Shown piece by piece: positions 1 to 15,359 of a DNA stretch of 64,000 nt (its first letter is position 1; each line of letters starts with the position of its first letter). The DNA lies in assembly GCF_006345805.1 (NCBI RefSeq), contig NC_042997.1, positions 36,022,001 through 36,086,000 of the forward strand, read 5' to 3'. A program made the position numbers and the translations under genes. The notes under the pieces were generated by a model that saw nothing but the letters and a program-made list of their open reading frames with translations, was not told the origin of the DNA and made no database searches. The DNA comes from Octopus sinensis (lineage: Eukaryota).

Positions 1-1029
1 TAAATTGTCACCGTTTAAAAATTGGATTGTAAATGAACAGATGATTCAAGAAACTATTTACAAAGGTGAATAAAGCATATTATTGATATTTGAAATTTGA
101 TTTTTCAGCGATAAATATGGAATACAATAATCACATAAAATTTACCATATCGAACTGATTTTGCAAATCCTGTATATCAATTATTATAAAATGAATATTG
201 AAACACGAATCTATGTATTCATTTAGTATAAAATAGTATTATTCTGCTTTTTTTACGGATATTTCATTTTGATATCTTTTATAACAAGACGCAAAGTTTC
301 GTGAGAAAAATTGCGATAACTTGTCAAAAGTGAATAATTTGGTATTGTTATTGCTATTGATGTAACGATCAATCGAAGAAAACTCTTTCCTGAAAAATTA
401 TTGAAATATTATTTCTTTGAGCGCCGATGGCAGTTTTCGGTTTTATTGAAGTTATGATGCAATGTATTCAATGTTTTAAAACGATTTTATGAATTATACA
501 ATTCTTGTTTTGTTGCAAATCAACTGATTATCATATTAAATGGGCTAGCGTTTAAATGTAGTTAAGCTTCAGCTGCTGGTTATGAATTTATTATACTAAA
601 TATGTTTCTTCTTACTATAGGTCATTTCTTAACAAACACCAACTAAACAATTACTGTCTTGAATCACTCCGTAATATTATTCACGTTAATGAACCCATCG
701 ATGTATAAGCTCTATAATACACGATTTGAGGTGATTGTCACTATCTGGAAACAAATAAAACCAGATCATATTCCTGTATTGCAACAGGATTATATAGAAA
801 TCTTCAACAGTGAAATACTGATTAATCTGTCAGAGATACGTAATTGTATGGTATATGTTAAATTTTTTAACTTCGCCCAGTTTCTTAAAATCTGAGACTG
901 TATCAGTGGAACACACATCATTTACATGCGTTATGCATACAACTTCAAATAAGATGTGCTATAAAAAATATACAGCCACACACACATTCATCTGTATATA
1001 TGTATGCATATACGTACATGCATACACAC

Positions 1030-1126
1030 AGACATATATATATATATGTATATATATGTATATATATACATGCAATATGTATTTATATATGTTCACACAT
1101 ATAGATATGTACATATATATATATAA

Positions 1127-1157
<31 letters not shown>

Positions 1158-1250
1158 CATGCGTACATACATTCATTCATACATACATACATACATACAA
1201 ACATACATACATACCTACATACATACATACATACATACATGTATATGATT
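1030..1250. repeat. Compound (TA)n/(TACA)n microsatellite
   Basis: Direct reading. It explains the YIYI/HTYI-type ORFs at 855-1310 and 959-1240. Confidence 0.95.
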
Positions 1251-1590
1251 ATGTGTGGGTGCGTGTGTAATTTCTATAGCATTTACTCTATATATATATT
1301 ATTCCAGTAACAAAGAGATTGAAACCTGAAAACTAAATTCTAAAGGCATACCTGGAAATTAATCTCCTAATATAAAATATATTTAATACCTACTCGAATC
1401 TGGTTATACCTTGAAGCATATATTCTTATACTACAATAAGTTTTTCCATTGAATAATGTATTTTGTTCCTAAAATATCATTCATAAGTAGATTAAAATAT
1501 AATTTGCACTATGAAACTGAATGGCATCTTAAAAATTATTTGGATATTTCGAGATTGCTTGATCCAAATGAATTGTTTGGTTATAATAAC

Positions 1591-1745
1591 TGTTATGTCG
1601 CACGTTCGGATGCTTTCTTCTCAACGCGACTCGACTCTCTACTCCTCTTGACTCTAGTTTCTTCTGCTACTCTCCTCTCACCGCGAACCTCTGTATCTAC
1701 GTATTGGGCTAGTCTAATTCATCGTCTGTGGGGGTCGACACAACA
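1591..1745. mobile_element. Short solo-LTR-like or MITE-like insertion with a 5-bp target-site duplication
   Basis: The unit begins TGTTATGTCG and ends CGACACAACA (9/10 inverted match, TG...CA ends). It is flanked by ATAAC at 1586-1590 and 1746-1750, and the interior is more GC-rich than the flanks. Confidence 0.65.
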
Positions 1746-1984
1746 ATAACTAAACGAAAGTTTTGGGTGTTTACATTATAGGGCAACTGTTGTGTTTCAT
1801 ATAATTATATTACTGAATTTGTTTTAATTACACAGCCTATTTTGCAACTGACAATCTGAGCAAGCGTATGTTAGAAAAAAAACAAATGAAAGATTTTCCA
1901 AGAAAACCTGGAACCAAGAACTTAGAACTTGAACAACTAAGCTACCCAGTAAAAGACAAATGCTCTCATTCTCTGTATGTATAT

Positions 1985-2245
<261 letters not shown>

Positions 2246-2246
2246 A

Positions 2247-2430
2247 GGTAGAATTCACAGAAAAAGCACAAGACGAGGACAGGTGTTGTAGAAAACAAAC
2301 AGATGTATTAGTATAACGCTCAGGAATTGAAAAAGTCTTTTTACATTTCGAGCCTACGCTCTTCCACAGAAAGGAACATAGAAAGAAACAAGGAGAGAAA
2401 CAAGGAGAGAAAAATTGCGTAGTGGCTACC
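2247..2430 (-). mobile_element. Penelope-type terminal-repeat fragment with a degenerate hammerhead-like motif
   Basis: The minus strand at 2373-2337 reads cttt-CTGTGGA-a-gagc(gtag)gctc-GAAATGTA-aaaag. This is a type I hammerhead layout with core substitutions, embedded between microsatellites. Confidence 0.4.
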
Positions 2431-3069
2431 TATCTATCATATATATATCAGCATCATGCTTCTATGTATGAGGATCTTATTGTTTTGAGTGCAAGCTTGT
2501 GTGTGTGTGTGTGTGAGCATTTCATGCTTGTTTTGTTTATGTAATTTATATTATTACATTAGGAATACAGAGTATTCGTTGAAACTCTTTGGAGATATGT
2601 TTCTCTAGACATATCTTTCAAGGAAGAAAAACAATAACATATCACTATCCATATTGCCAATTTTCGGTTTTGTTCTTTGTCTTATATCCTGAACATTCTC
2701 ATTATAGACATGTATAATAGATGTGTATTTTTATGAGTTCCTCATGTTTTATCAGTAAACGCTTATTTCTTATTTTGGCTCACTCGAATTATTTCGTCTC
2801 GTAAAATCTGGTTATGTGACGCTATTTAATTCTTTATGTACATGTGATAAACTAATGCAATTTATATTCCTTGATTTTCTTTGTTTTCTCTGAATACATC
2901 CGGAATGAAAAATAGAATATTTCGAAAATGACAGTGATATTGACGGTAGAACTGTAACTTATATTATCAAATATATATATATGTATGTGTGTGTGTGTGT
3001 ATGTGTGTCGATATATATATATATTGTTATATGTATATATATATTTATATATATATATACATATTGCAC

Positions 3070-3345
3070 ATCTGTTCCATTGATGCAGTCTTCCTGTTGG
3101 AATACCGCTGAACTAACTCAAGTTCCGCTTTTAATTTGACGATGCGGGATGTCCACATCTGACAGCGGTTATCCAGACAGTTAAGAAAACATGTCCTTCA
3201 TGGAACCATTATAATAGCCAGATGCTTTTTTTCTGAAAGTTCTCAGCATTCATCCGGCCATTCACCTGACATTGCTACCATCTTAGTGATATGCATCTAA
3301 AATGTGGCGTTGTTGCTCATATCAACCCCCAGATCAGCCATTGTG
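3070..3345 (-). pseudogene. Tc1-like transposase relic
   Basis: Minus-strand translation with stops gives LIWGLI*...QVNGRMNAENFQKK...AVFQQEDC. This resembles the Tc1 motifs VMVWG, G-MN--Y and FQQDNA. Confidence 0.45.
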
Positions 3346-3734
3346 CGTGACTACTGATTACTTCTCGTTTTGGTCTAAATCACCTTCTTGCAGCATCTTA
3401 GAACTAGCTCTCTCTCTCTCTCTCTCTCGTTCAAAACTACTGCATATGTCATGCATGCTTGTCATAATATTCTGTAGCTTTATGTCCATCATTTGCAGAG
3501 AAAGATTTGTAGATGAGTTGGTCCATGATCGATTTCTGTAGAGTCTTCCAATCAGCATTAGAAAGATGCAGGCTCGAATTTGATGGCTTCTAGCAGCTTG
3601 CATATCTGCAAATTTCTGCGTGCATGCATACATACATACATACATACATACATACATACATACATACATACATACATACATACACACAAGACACAGACAT
3701 ATATATACATGTGTGTGTGGATTGCCATGTTGCA

Positions 3735-4408
3735 CGAAGACAGTTTTTATTATGAGCGGAAATAATGAGTGATATGAAGGCTTTATTGCAGTTTTGGCTG
3801 CTATTTTTAACATGTAAGCAATTTTAACCCTCTTAATTACAATTGTGACGTTCATAATTATAAACGTATTCTTAATATTTTATGATAACATGCTTAGCCA
3901 TTGATATATTCATAAACAATCTTAATAATTTATAATATATCATTCGCAATGTCTTTACATTACTTTTTACTTATTTAAATTTTCGTAACTCATATCTTGT
4001 GATTTTACCTAGATTCGAAATTGCCTGTCTTTTAATATAAACGCTGTGCATGGCAGTTGAAGTCAAAACTTGATTGTGTAGATAGAGATGAAAACATTTC
4101 TATTGCTGGTCGGGATTCACGTTAGCCCCAAGGTAACGTCTGGTTTTGATTTCTATCTATAGGAATATTTCCCCTGACGAGGCGAATGGATCCATTAAGT
4201 GGTCACTAAAGCCAAAATTGCAATTGGGAATCAACCAATTCTTTTCAAGAGCTGGATTCTATTTGTCATGTCACCCGAAGACAGTTTTTATCGAGAGAAG
4301 AAATAATATAAATGATATAATGGCTTTATAGCAGTGTTGGCTGCTATTTGTAACATGTAAGCGTTTTTTAACCCTCTTGGTTATAGTTGTGACTTGTTCA
4401 TAAACGTT
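3735..4408. repeat. Diverged ~135-bp direct repeat pair (3735-3868 and 4276-4408)
   Basis: Both copies read cgaagacagtttttat...ggctttat(t/a)gcagt(t/g)ttggctgctattt(t/g)taacatgtaagc...ttaaccctctt...ttgtgac...taaacgt. Confidence 0.85.
4169..4230 (+). ncRNA. Type I hammerhead-ribozyme-like fold with branched stem II (G12 substituted)
   Basis: ttccc-CTGACGA-ggc[...aatggatccatt...agtggtcact...]gcc-AAAA-ttgcaa-TT-gggaa. Stem I is ttccc/gggaa, stem II closes with ggc/gcc, and stem III is the palindrome ATTGCAAT. GAAA reads AAAA. Confidence 0.5.
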
Positions 4409-4431
4409 TATAATTTATATATTTATATATA

Positions 4432-4469
<38 letters not shown>

Positions 4470-6844
4470 GTATATGCATATATATAAATATATATATATA
4501 TATTCATTTCATTTTCTTTTTCATCTAGCTTCAGCTCACGAACTGTGGCAATGCTGGGGAAGTGATATCTGTATATGTATATATATATATGTGTGTATGT
4601 GTGTGAGTTGTGTGTGTGTGCGCGTATGTACGGTGTGGATATCCCACAAATAACACGTGTAAATTTTGAAGCGGAGCAAAGTTCTGATTCTACCAAGCGA
4701 AATCATTCGTACGCTGTGTGTATTCGTAATGCATATTCTGCATGAATGCTCTATCATTTACCCCTCCTACACGTCGTTCACTCATACCGTCTCTCTCACT
4801 GTGTATGCATAACATTCTTTTACTCATTACCTACTATGGGCTGTGATTTTGCACCATTTATTTCAACTGCCACCTTGTCTCTCATTTACTCTTTTCCCCT
4901 ACCTGTACAATGTTAGTCGTGACTAACAACAATAAACAAGTAGTTAATGAAAAGTAAGGTCTGCTATTATCTTTTATGTAAGCTGCCAATGGTTTCTCAT
5001 AAGAAGTGGATTCTGCTCAAGTTCTAAAATTCCCAACATAACATACTGCAATGCTCCGTGGTAGAAAAGAAAATGAAGTAAACAAGATACATACAGAAGA
5101 GTATTTTAGATATCATGAACCAACAATTCATACTATGCTGATTACATTGTAAAGACACAAGGTATAAACCCAAAGGATGAGCTACGTTATAGAGTTTCTT
5201 TCACAAGATATTAAGTTGTATAGATACTTCACAAGCACAAGTATGGATCATTTATCTATAAATTCTCCAGCTTTGCATCAACAATGATAATCTTTATAAA
5301 GTTGTCGTTCTGCAAAACCTTGTTCGTGGCCTTAAAAACAATACTGCCTAGAATTTTGTAATGAAAAACATGATACAGTAAAAAGTAACGGAGAAAACAA
5401 TAATGAAAAAATGAAGACAAGACACGCACCCAACATAATAAGAAAGAAAGTAACATCTAAAAAAACTGGATGAAATATGTGAACATTTTTTTTTTGAGAA
5501 GGAAATTTCTAGAAAATGATTTGTAATTCGCATGAAAGCAATCGATTTGACCATTATGTATCGGTCCTCACATACGCATATATTTTTCTAGGATTTATCA
5601 ATTTCTTTGACATTACAAGGAGAGATTGGACAGCTGCATTATTTTAGTTGTTGTTTTTCTTATTCTATTTTTTAAGAATTTTTTAATGTTTTTTGATGAT
5701 TTGGTCTGTAATGCTGCAAAGTATAGGCAAGGAGCAAATCGGGCATACTTATGTGTGTGTGCTTGCTTCTCTCTCTCTGTCTCGCTCTCGTTCTCTCCTA
5801 CTTTCTCTCACACTCTCTCTCATTCTTTCTATCTGTCTCAATATGCATATACATATATACACACGCAGACACACATATTCCCACATACGCACATTCACAC
5901 ACGCATATCGATATAAAAATGCAAATAATCAGAAAATGGTGAAAAACTCAGATTAACAAACACATCGATTGGACCACAGTTATAGCTTATTTTTTTTATA
6001 CAAAGCATGACGTTACAAAAAATTTGACGTAGCATATCTTACGGCCGTTTCCGATCGGTTGCCGTAATGCTGTCTATAAATAAATAGGTGATTAAAAGTT
6101 CTACATCTTCATAGGGCATTCGAATTAAGCCAACACAGCTTCATCAGAGTAAAAACAAAAAAGAGTATACAATATAAACAAAGGGAAGAATGAAAAGTAA
6201 AGAAAATATTCCTAGACAAATCGTTTAGAAGCCCAATATGTTACATATGTGGACATACATACAGACATACATACATATATATACGTAGGTACAGCGTATG
6301 TGCATATGTGAGCGTATGTGTGTATTTAGGATAAATGTTACAACAGAGGTTGCAGGAGAGAGAGATGGAGATAAATACGCTATTAGATCGCTGCCAGTAT
6401 TATTGTCTTAATATCTGACAGTTATTTACTGTTTATGTACTTAGGCAATGTAGATGTATCGTAAGCGAAGTCGTAAATTACCCTACGTTTCTAAGTAGAA
6501 ATACATTGCTGGCTATTTCTTTTATATCTACAAAATAATCTTAGTCTAGCTGCTGAAAACTTACGTAGGCCAGTGACACAGGAAAATGTCCAACACCAAA
6601 ATATATTGACACTTGATATCACTAAGATACAAGCAAATTGTTACAATAATTAAACTCTTAATAACCTGTAAATAATGTACTTTTTCTTTACTTAAACGAT
6701 TTTCCTGACATTAACGTTTAATCTAGAATAATATTTCTAGCTCTTTCCCACATCTTACAACACCGTTGATACGAGCATAAAATATATCGGTATACATACG
6801 TACATACAAATATACACATGCATACATTCGTGTATGGATGTATG

Positions 6845-6845
6845 A

Positions 6846-6891
<46 letters not shown>

Positions 6892-6939
6892 TAATATATA
6901 TATATATATGCTCATATAGGCAAACATTTTATATTTATA

Positions 6940-7005
<66 letters not shown>

Positions 7006-7030
7006 CACACATATATATATACACACACAT
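6845..7030. repeat. (TA)n microsatellite
   Basis: Direct reading. Confidence 0.95.
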
Positions 7031-7078
7031 ATTTATATACACATATGTATTTGTACATATGTATTTGTACATATACGT

Positions 7079-7435
7079 ATTCTTTTATTCTTTTACGTGT
7101 TTCCGTCATTTGACTGCGCCCATGCGTGAGCACCGGCTTTAGTTGAGCAAGTTGAGTGTGGGACTTATACTTTGTAAGTCTTTGTACTTACCCTATCGTT
7201 CTCTTTTGCAGAACCGCTAAGTTACAGGGTCGTAAACACCAGCATCGTTTGTCAAGTGATGTTGGAGCGACAAACACAGGCACGCAAACATATACATACA
7301 TATAAATATATATACGATGGGCTTCATTCAGTTTCCCAAATCCATTCACAAGGCCAGAGGCTATAGCAGAAAATACCCAAGGTTCCACGGACTGAACTAG
7401 GAACCATGTGGTTGGTAAGGAAGCTATTTACCATA
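7079..7435 (-). mobile_element. Older, diverged copy of the tRNA-derived SINE found at 46.0 and 50.0 kb
   Basis: It shares gtcatttgactgcg...catg...gagcaccg, gaaccgctaagttac, ccaaatccattcacaaggc and ggaaccatgtggttggt with the two younger copies, but has deletions. Confidence 0.8.
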
Positions 7436-7459
7436 CAATACACACCCATACACACACAC

Positions 7460-7760
<301 letters not shown>

Positions 7761-9789
7761 ATATGATTATGCTTCGCTAGTCAAAATACACTTTCATTCT
7801 TCACTTGATTGCGCATTTCTCTCCCATTCGAAAATGACGCTTTCCCATCTTGCTAGACGTCTTCCTCGTGATCGATTTTCTTCTCTTGAACTCTATACGA
7901 CAAATAGTTTATCTTTTCATCGCTCTCTCTCCCTCCCTCTCTCTCTCTCTCTCTCTACCCCCACTCTCTGTATGAATATATATATATGTGCGTGTTTTAT
8001 TTGAGATCAATGTTCTATTACCACTATCATAATTCATTGTCTATTTCAAAGTTATTATGTACGATGACTAATTCTTTATAAATCTATAACGTTGTTGCTT
8101 TACTCCTTATTATTCGCCAAGGCTTTGAGATACGTAACTTCATACCTCTCAGAGCAACAACGAATCAGGGGTTCATCAAATATAGGATGTTTCAGAGAAA
8201 AGACTGGAGATACCAATCAGTTTGAACAGTTTTAATAAATTTGTCGTCAGATGATTCTTGAAAAAAATTCGTTGTGTGCTGCTTCCGAAACCAACAGCAA
8301 CTATGTTGTTCGATAGGATTTTTGTCAGTGTCTTTTAAGTCAAGTGTGATAATCATGCTAATGTTTTTACTTCTACTTACTAGTTTGGCTTGCTAGATAA
8401 ACAGGCCACTTCTTAGTTATGTTTGCTCGCACTTCGTCGAACAATGGAGATTGAAACACCTGTTATTAATTAAAATATAGGTGAAACTTATTTTCAACAA
8501 ATTGTATAGGGGTTGTCGAATATGTAACTGCTTCATGATCTTCCAACCAGATTACTTCCTGTTCCGGTTTTTTCTTGAAGCACATGAAAAGCATATCATG
8601 TTGAATCAAGCATAAGCTCTCCCTAAATAGTTAATATCTTTATGCCCGCAGCATATACAGGGCTGCTGTATTTGGAAAGTGGAAGTTTCCTGAGACTCAG
8701 TTCTGATTTGGATATTAATTAAGTAGTTAAAACTATGCAAATTATTATCAACGGCTGTTATTTGACAGCGTAAAAACAGCGAAAGCCCATTATTGTCGGT
8801 CGTTTGACACAAGTTATCCAGACACTAACCAGCTATCCGTCACCTAATATTTCTGTGTGAAAATGGGTGTGGCATATGGTGCATTTACACGTTGCAGATG
8901 GACACATATCGTTTTTAGTAGACGTAATGAATACAAATGCTTCTGTACGTAAAGTCTCCGGCGTTTTCATATGTCCGTTCGTGACGAAAGTAAGGACCCT
9001 CCATTATTGTCACGTTTGTACCAAGCAATTACTCAATATGTCAGTGAATTGCTGGCATATAACGGCTTCCACATTCCCGTCCTGAAATGTTCATGAAAAC
9101 ATGAAAACATAAAACAAGAAAAAAGAGGCCATTTCGATTGAGTTTTCCATTCTCAAAAGTTCAGGTGATCAGGCATGAACATTCATGGATATGGGGATGA
9201 ACGATGAAAAGTTGATTAATTATATATTAAAACCCATGCAAAGTCAATAAAACTCTCATATTGCTCTGTGTGTGTATGCGTGTGTGACTGAACCTCTGTG
9301 TGTGTGCGTACGTGAGTTCAGTGTGTGTGTGTTACGGCCTACACTACTAGGCAGTGGTTTTGAATTTACTGTGATTTACATCAATATCCCAGCATATCTA
9401 TCATTATTTATTTACTTCTTTCCATTTTGGTAAGACCTGAAAATTAAATAAATTATACGAATATATTGCATAATCTTTGGGATATTGCGCGTCTATACAT
9501 CCCTAATTCTATGATATGTCGCAAAAATAATTCTAAGTGAAACATCTGTAGATATACCGTAAAATCCATACGTTCCCTTCAAGGTTTGCTTTAAATTTGA
9601 AAACTATTGGATTTAGGGGATACTAAACGCCGATAAAATTCCCTTCATCGATGCATTCTTTGTTATCATTTTATCTCTTCATTTGTGTCATAATGTCTCA
9701 CTATCAAATATAGCTTGCTTCGCTTTGATTAGCCTCGTTCTATTCAATAGATCGACATTAGAACTCTCTCTATCTCTGTGTGCCTAAAG

Positions 9790-10036
<247 letters not shown>

Positions 10037-10336
10037 TAGTCTGTTGATTTTACAAGGATTATTTACAGTGGCTAGGCGCAAGTCGATATTATATGAATTG
10101 ATAATAGTGTCAAAGCAGATATATCGGCATAACATCTGATAAATGATGATATGTGACCTTCAATGAGAACACGTCTATGATTTGACGTACGAAAATTCAT
10201 TGAAATTACAAGGAAATTCAGTAACTTTCCTCAGGAAAATGGAAAATAATATGGAAAGAATACTTAGCAAATTTTCATACGTAAACAGTGTCATCAAACT
10301 ACGCATGTACATTAGGTGTCACAGTGATGGTTGTGG

Positions 10337-10372
10337 ACTCACCTGCAAAGAGAAAACGAAAAATAATATAAA
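10337..10372 (-). other. Strong 3' splice site immediately followed by a consensus 5' splice site (AG|GTGAGT)
   Basis: The minus strand reads attatttttcgttttctctttgCAG|GTGAGT, with the junction between 10343 and 10342. Confidence 0.35.
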
Positions 10373-10465
10373 AACCATAATATAAGCATTTAATGTATAG
10401 TAAAATATAAAAAATATACTTGTGTCTATGTAGGAATATATGAATGTATAAAAATATGTATACTG

Positions 10466-10512
<47 letters not shown>

Positions 10513-13500
10513 AACTCGCATATTTATACGTGTCACTAAAGTGACGGACGGTACAGAGTTGTACCAGCATTGCTGGAAATAATAGTCAATCCAATCCGAC
10601 TTGCTAATCACAGGAGCGCTATCTTAAACTGACAAAAGAGACAAGCCAGCTACGGTCACAGATATTGCCATATCTCCGGTGATGTCGAAATTTGAAGAAA
10701 ACCATCTTAATTCTCATTGGTGACTCTTACCGCGCCTAGGGTTCAGCTCAACTAACCTTGCCAACGTATAAGAACATCCGTTGAAATCACGCGCTGATTT
10801 CAAAAATATACCAGCCCTGATTGAGCAGACTGGTGATCTAAACTTTTCTAAACATGATGCCCATTTCATCTCTTTGACACGGCCTAGAATGACTGTATCA
10901 TCATCCTATGAAAGCATCATCCTATGAAAGTAAGAAGATGGAATTTAATTCCAATCTTGTGTTTCTTTTCATGATATAGATAATACTGGGGTATAGTTTT
11001 CAATTTGTAAAATAAGTTAAAAAAAAATTGAGGCTTAATTCATTTTCATATATTTTCTTTGGTTTTATCTTTCATTTTAGAAGATGAATATTGTTCAGCA
11101 AAATCTATATATTTGAATAACAGAATACTTTGGATATCACAAGAATTTCTGACTGTTTCCTAGTCGACCAACATTCGTAAAAATGTGAAAATAAGATAGA
11201 ATAATAACTAGTTCAACTATACGAAACAAAATTTACCACAAAATATGCAATTTTTTATTGAAGCAATATACTCATCTTTTATCCTATACTTGTTCTTTCA
11301 TTTGCTTGGGGCCCTTATGTAGCCCCGCTTTGACAGATTTAATCGAATAAATAGACCCTTTTAGAGCGTGTGTTCATGTTACATTTTTCTGTGTGCCTGT
11401 ATGAATATTATGAGGTTAAGTGTAGAGCGAAAAGAAAACTATTCTATTAATGATATCGTATATTATATCATTGCAAACGAAGGTGGGAATTTATTTTACG
11501 CCAAAGAAAAGTTGATTTTAAAAATGCCGAAAAAATACAAACAATTAGAAAGAATGAATTCTGGCTTTCAAAACAATTTCCACCCAAAATTTTAAAATGA
11601 AGTTTAGGCTGTAAATAGAGACTTCTAAGCAGCTGAAAATTGCAGAAATCGATATTTTCGAGAATTCTATATTTTAACTACAAAATTGCAACACATAGCA
11701 GAAAAAGCCATGGGCTTTAATTAACGCAGTTTTTTTTTTATCAAAGGGCAAATGAAATAAAATTAATGAATTTAGTCTATTGAAAACTATTGCATATTGA
11801 AATACGACACACGCCCAATTTAAATACCTTAATTTGAGTGGGTATGCTGATGCAGTTCTTTAAGTGCAGTTCTATATATTTTTGTAGTGGAGAGCTTGCA
11901 TGTCTGCTATGGTATATTCTAAAGGTGTTGCATCAGTATTATGACAACTAGGTTCATGTGAGACGTGCAGATGACATTTATCTCTGTAGAATTCAAAGAC
12001 TTGCCGACTTCCTCAAAATAGATATTATAAAATTAGTAGTTATATATGGTGGAGCTTCACATAGAAAATCAGCGGGCTATCATAACAAATGTGTACGTAA
12101 AATGTTATGACTTTGGATCTTCAATAATAAGGAAGTTCTACGTTCAGAGTTTCTAGAATTCTGGCTAAATAATAAACCTAAAAAATGTCAGCTTAAAATT
12201 TAAACAACGCAGTAGTCTCAATTAAATCAAATGTTGTTTATATCGCTTAGTAATTTCTCCCACAAATTTAGTAAATTCAGGTTTAAATGGAGTTGAATAT
12301 ACATACATTGATATGTTCGTACTTTATTTGCATATATAGACACTTACGTATCAGAATATACACTCAAACTTTCACATACAGAAGCCTACAAACACATACG
12401 TGTATTTATATACGTACTTATATGTATGCATGCCAGTATGTAGAGGGGAACATATGTTTGTATGCGTGTGTATGTATACCTTAAATTTTCTCTTTCAGCC
12501 CTTTATCTTTCAGACCCTATATTTCTCCATAATTTATTAGATACACTGAAATCTTATCCATATATACTTATTCATGGAAACATATATAATTCGGAAATAT
12601 TTATCGCATTCTATATATCTTTGAGCTGATACATGGGTGCCCTGTCAAAGTTCAAAAATATATAAACACAAATCATTTTTATTATAACTGAATTACGAGG
12701 CGGTATCCATAATTTTCGTAAAGCTTCTCTTGTGGGTCGGATTACCACTTTATTATACTACTAGATCTCTCGCAACTTGAATACTGCATAAAATACGGGC
12801 AAAGAAAAAATATTCCAAACATAAATTTCACAAATAGACTGCGTGCGGTCGTTACTGTTGTTCTACATGCTTAGATACAGTATGGGCGATAACTGGAAAG
12901 GACGAGTAACTCAGAAATTTCAAAGGACGTTTGTGTGTACGAAGGATAACCCTTTCCCAGATATATGATATGTATTTATTCTGAGTTTTTCATTAAAAGC
13001 TGTAACGAGGGATTATGTCGAAATATTTTAGAACGATCTGAAACGTAAGACAATTCTTGTCTTTCTCACCTGTTATGTTAAAGATATAAGTTCATCGGTA
13101 AAAATTATCGGCCGTAATGAATCATAGCCATTGATGTGATCGCAACAGTTTAATTTGCCTGTCATTTCTTTATGGGATAAAGACGTGCGATAACCTTTTT
13201 GTTGTAGAAGATGCATTAGTGACAAAATTAGATGAAAGTCAGAGTAATAAATTAAAAGAAGATGTTATTAAATTACCCTTTTGAAGAGGCTTTAGATATC
13301 TGTGTTTATGAAATCACTCGAGATCTGGTTTGATGTCGTTAAGTTTTGTTGAGACAGCGTAGATTCTGTACGTTAGAAGGGAAGCGGGGTTTTAGCATTT
13401 GCGTAGTAATTAGCAGGGTTTTTTTTTATCTATGTGAGGAATAGGGTAACTTCGAAAATGAAAACATGGGAAATATCAAATTTGACAAAGTGTGCAGAGC

Positions 13501-14433
13501 ACACACTGTTTTGTTAAATGGGTTTATCATACTTCGATATTTCAAAAATCATAATCAAAATATCATATTGCTTTACGCTCTCTTAAACGGTGTTAGATAT
13601 AATTATTGTTGATCGCAAATGGAAATAGTTTTCAAATAAAACAGTAATTTAACAAGAGTAATAGTGTTGACAACATAAACTCCGTTTCAATTGGATGTAT
13701 CATCTTATCATTCGTGTAAGACAAATAGCATCGTAAATTAAAATTATAAATATAGAAATCCAAAGTCTCAACATATTAGTTATGATGTTGAATTAGCTAG
13801 GAGCTTTAAAATACATTGGTGTGACGCATAGAAAACTGTTACATAAAAGAAACAACTAAGTATACGGCTTCAGATACAAAAATAAGATATTTGTTGATAC
13901 TATAAATCGCTATATATTTAGAAATTTAATAAAATTGGTTGAGATGTTATTTCTGGAATCAGAGTAGATTAAGCAACGCATGAGAAGGGTGCATTGAAAA
14001 TGTGTTGAGACTTCTTTGGGGGATATATTTATTAAATTCAAAGAAGTACCAAACACTAATCTACTTGTAAATAAGATCCCAGTCATTAATCTAGGGCCCC
14101 ACGGATGCAATTAATCTCCCTCCAATGTATAGATACATGCATACATAAATACATTAAATACATATAAACATAAATTCATGGAAACATGCATATATATATA
14201 CATGCAAACGTATTCAATTCCTGTAAATCATTCACACCTCATTGCTTTAAAATATATTTCCTTTATCACTCATTAATCCATTTAGCTCAATCTCTATATT
14301 TGATAGTAAAAAAAGAAGTTAATACTTGCGTCTTCATTCCCTACCTCGAATATTTTCTCTCAGTATATGAGTGTGCGTGCGTGGGGGCGTCTGTGTGAGT
14401 ATGTATTCGTGAGTATGTGCATATGTGAGCGTA

Positions 14434-15219
<786 letters not shown>

Positions 15220-15311
15220 TGTAAAAATATTTTAATCTTCGGATTCTTTTTAATATGCTGGGCCACTGGTTTTAATTGACTAATATCAATTTCTACCCTT
15301 ATCAAATTTTA

Positions 15312-15359
<48 letters not shown>

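Noticed and set aside
620-710. Acceptor followed by SFLNKHQLNNYCLESLRNIIHVNEPIDV*
   Set aside because: Only one splice signal and an unrecognised short peptide. Similar weak cases at about 11081, 13209 and 15368 are expected by chance in AT-rich DNA.
8860-9085. Possible exon 8898-8989 or Tc1 relic
   Set aside because: The splice signals are moderate, and mixed frames only vaguely resemble Tc1 (GAF...VMN...PFV). Neither reading is supportable.
10899-10930. Exact 16-bp tandem duplication (also one at 50395-50426)
   Set aside because: Ordinary slippage-type micro-duplications with no insert between the copies.
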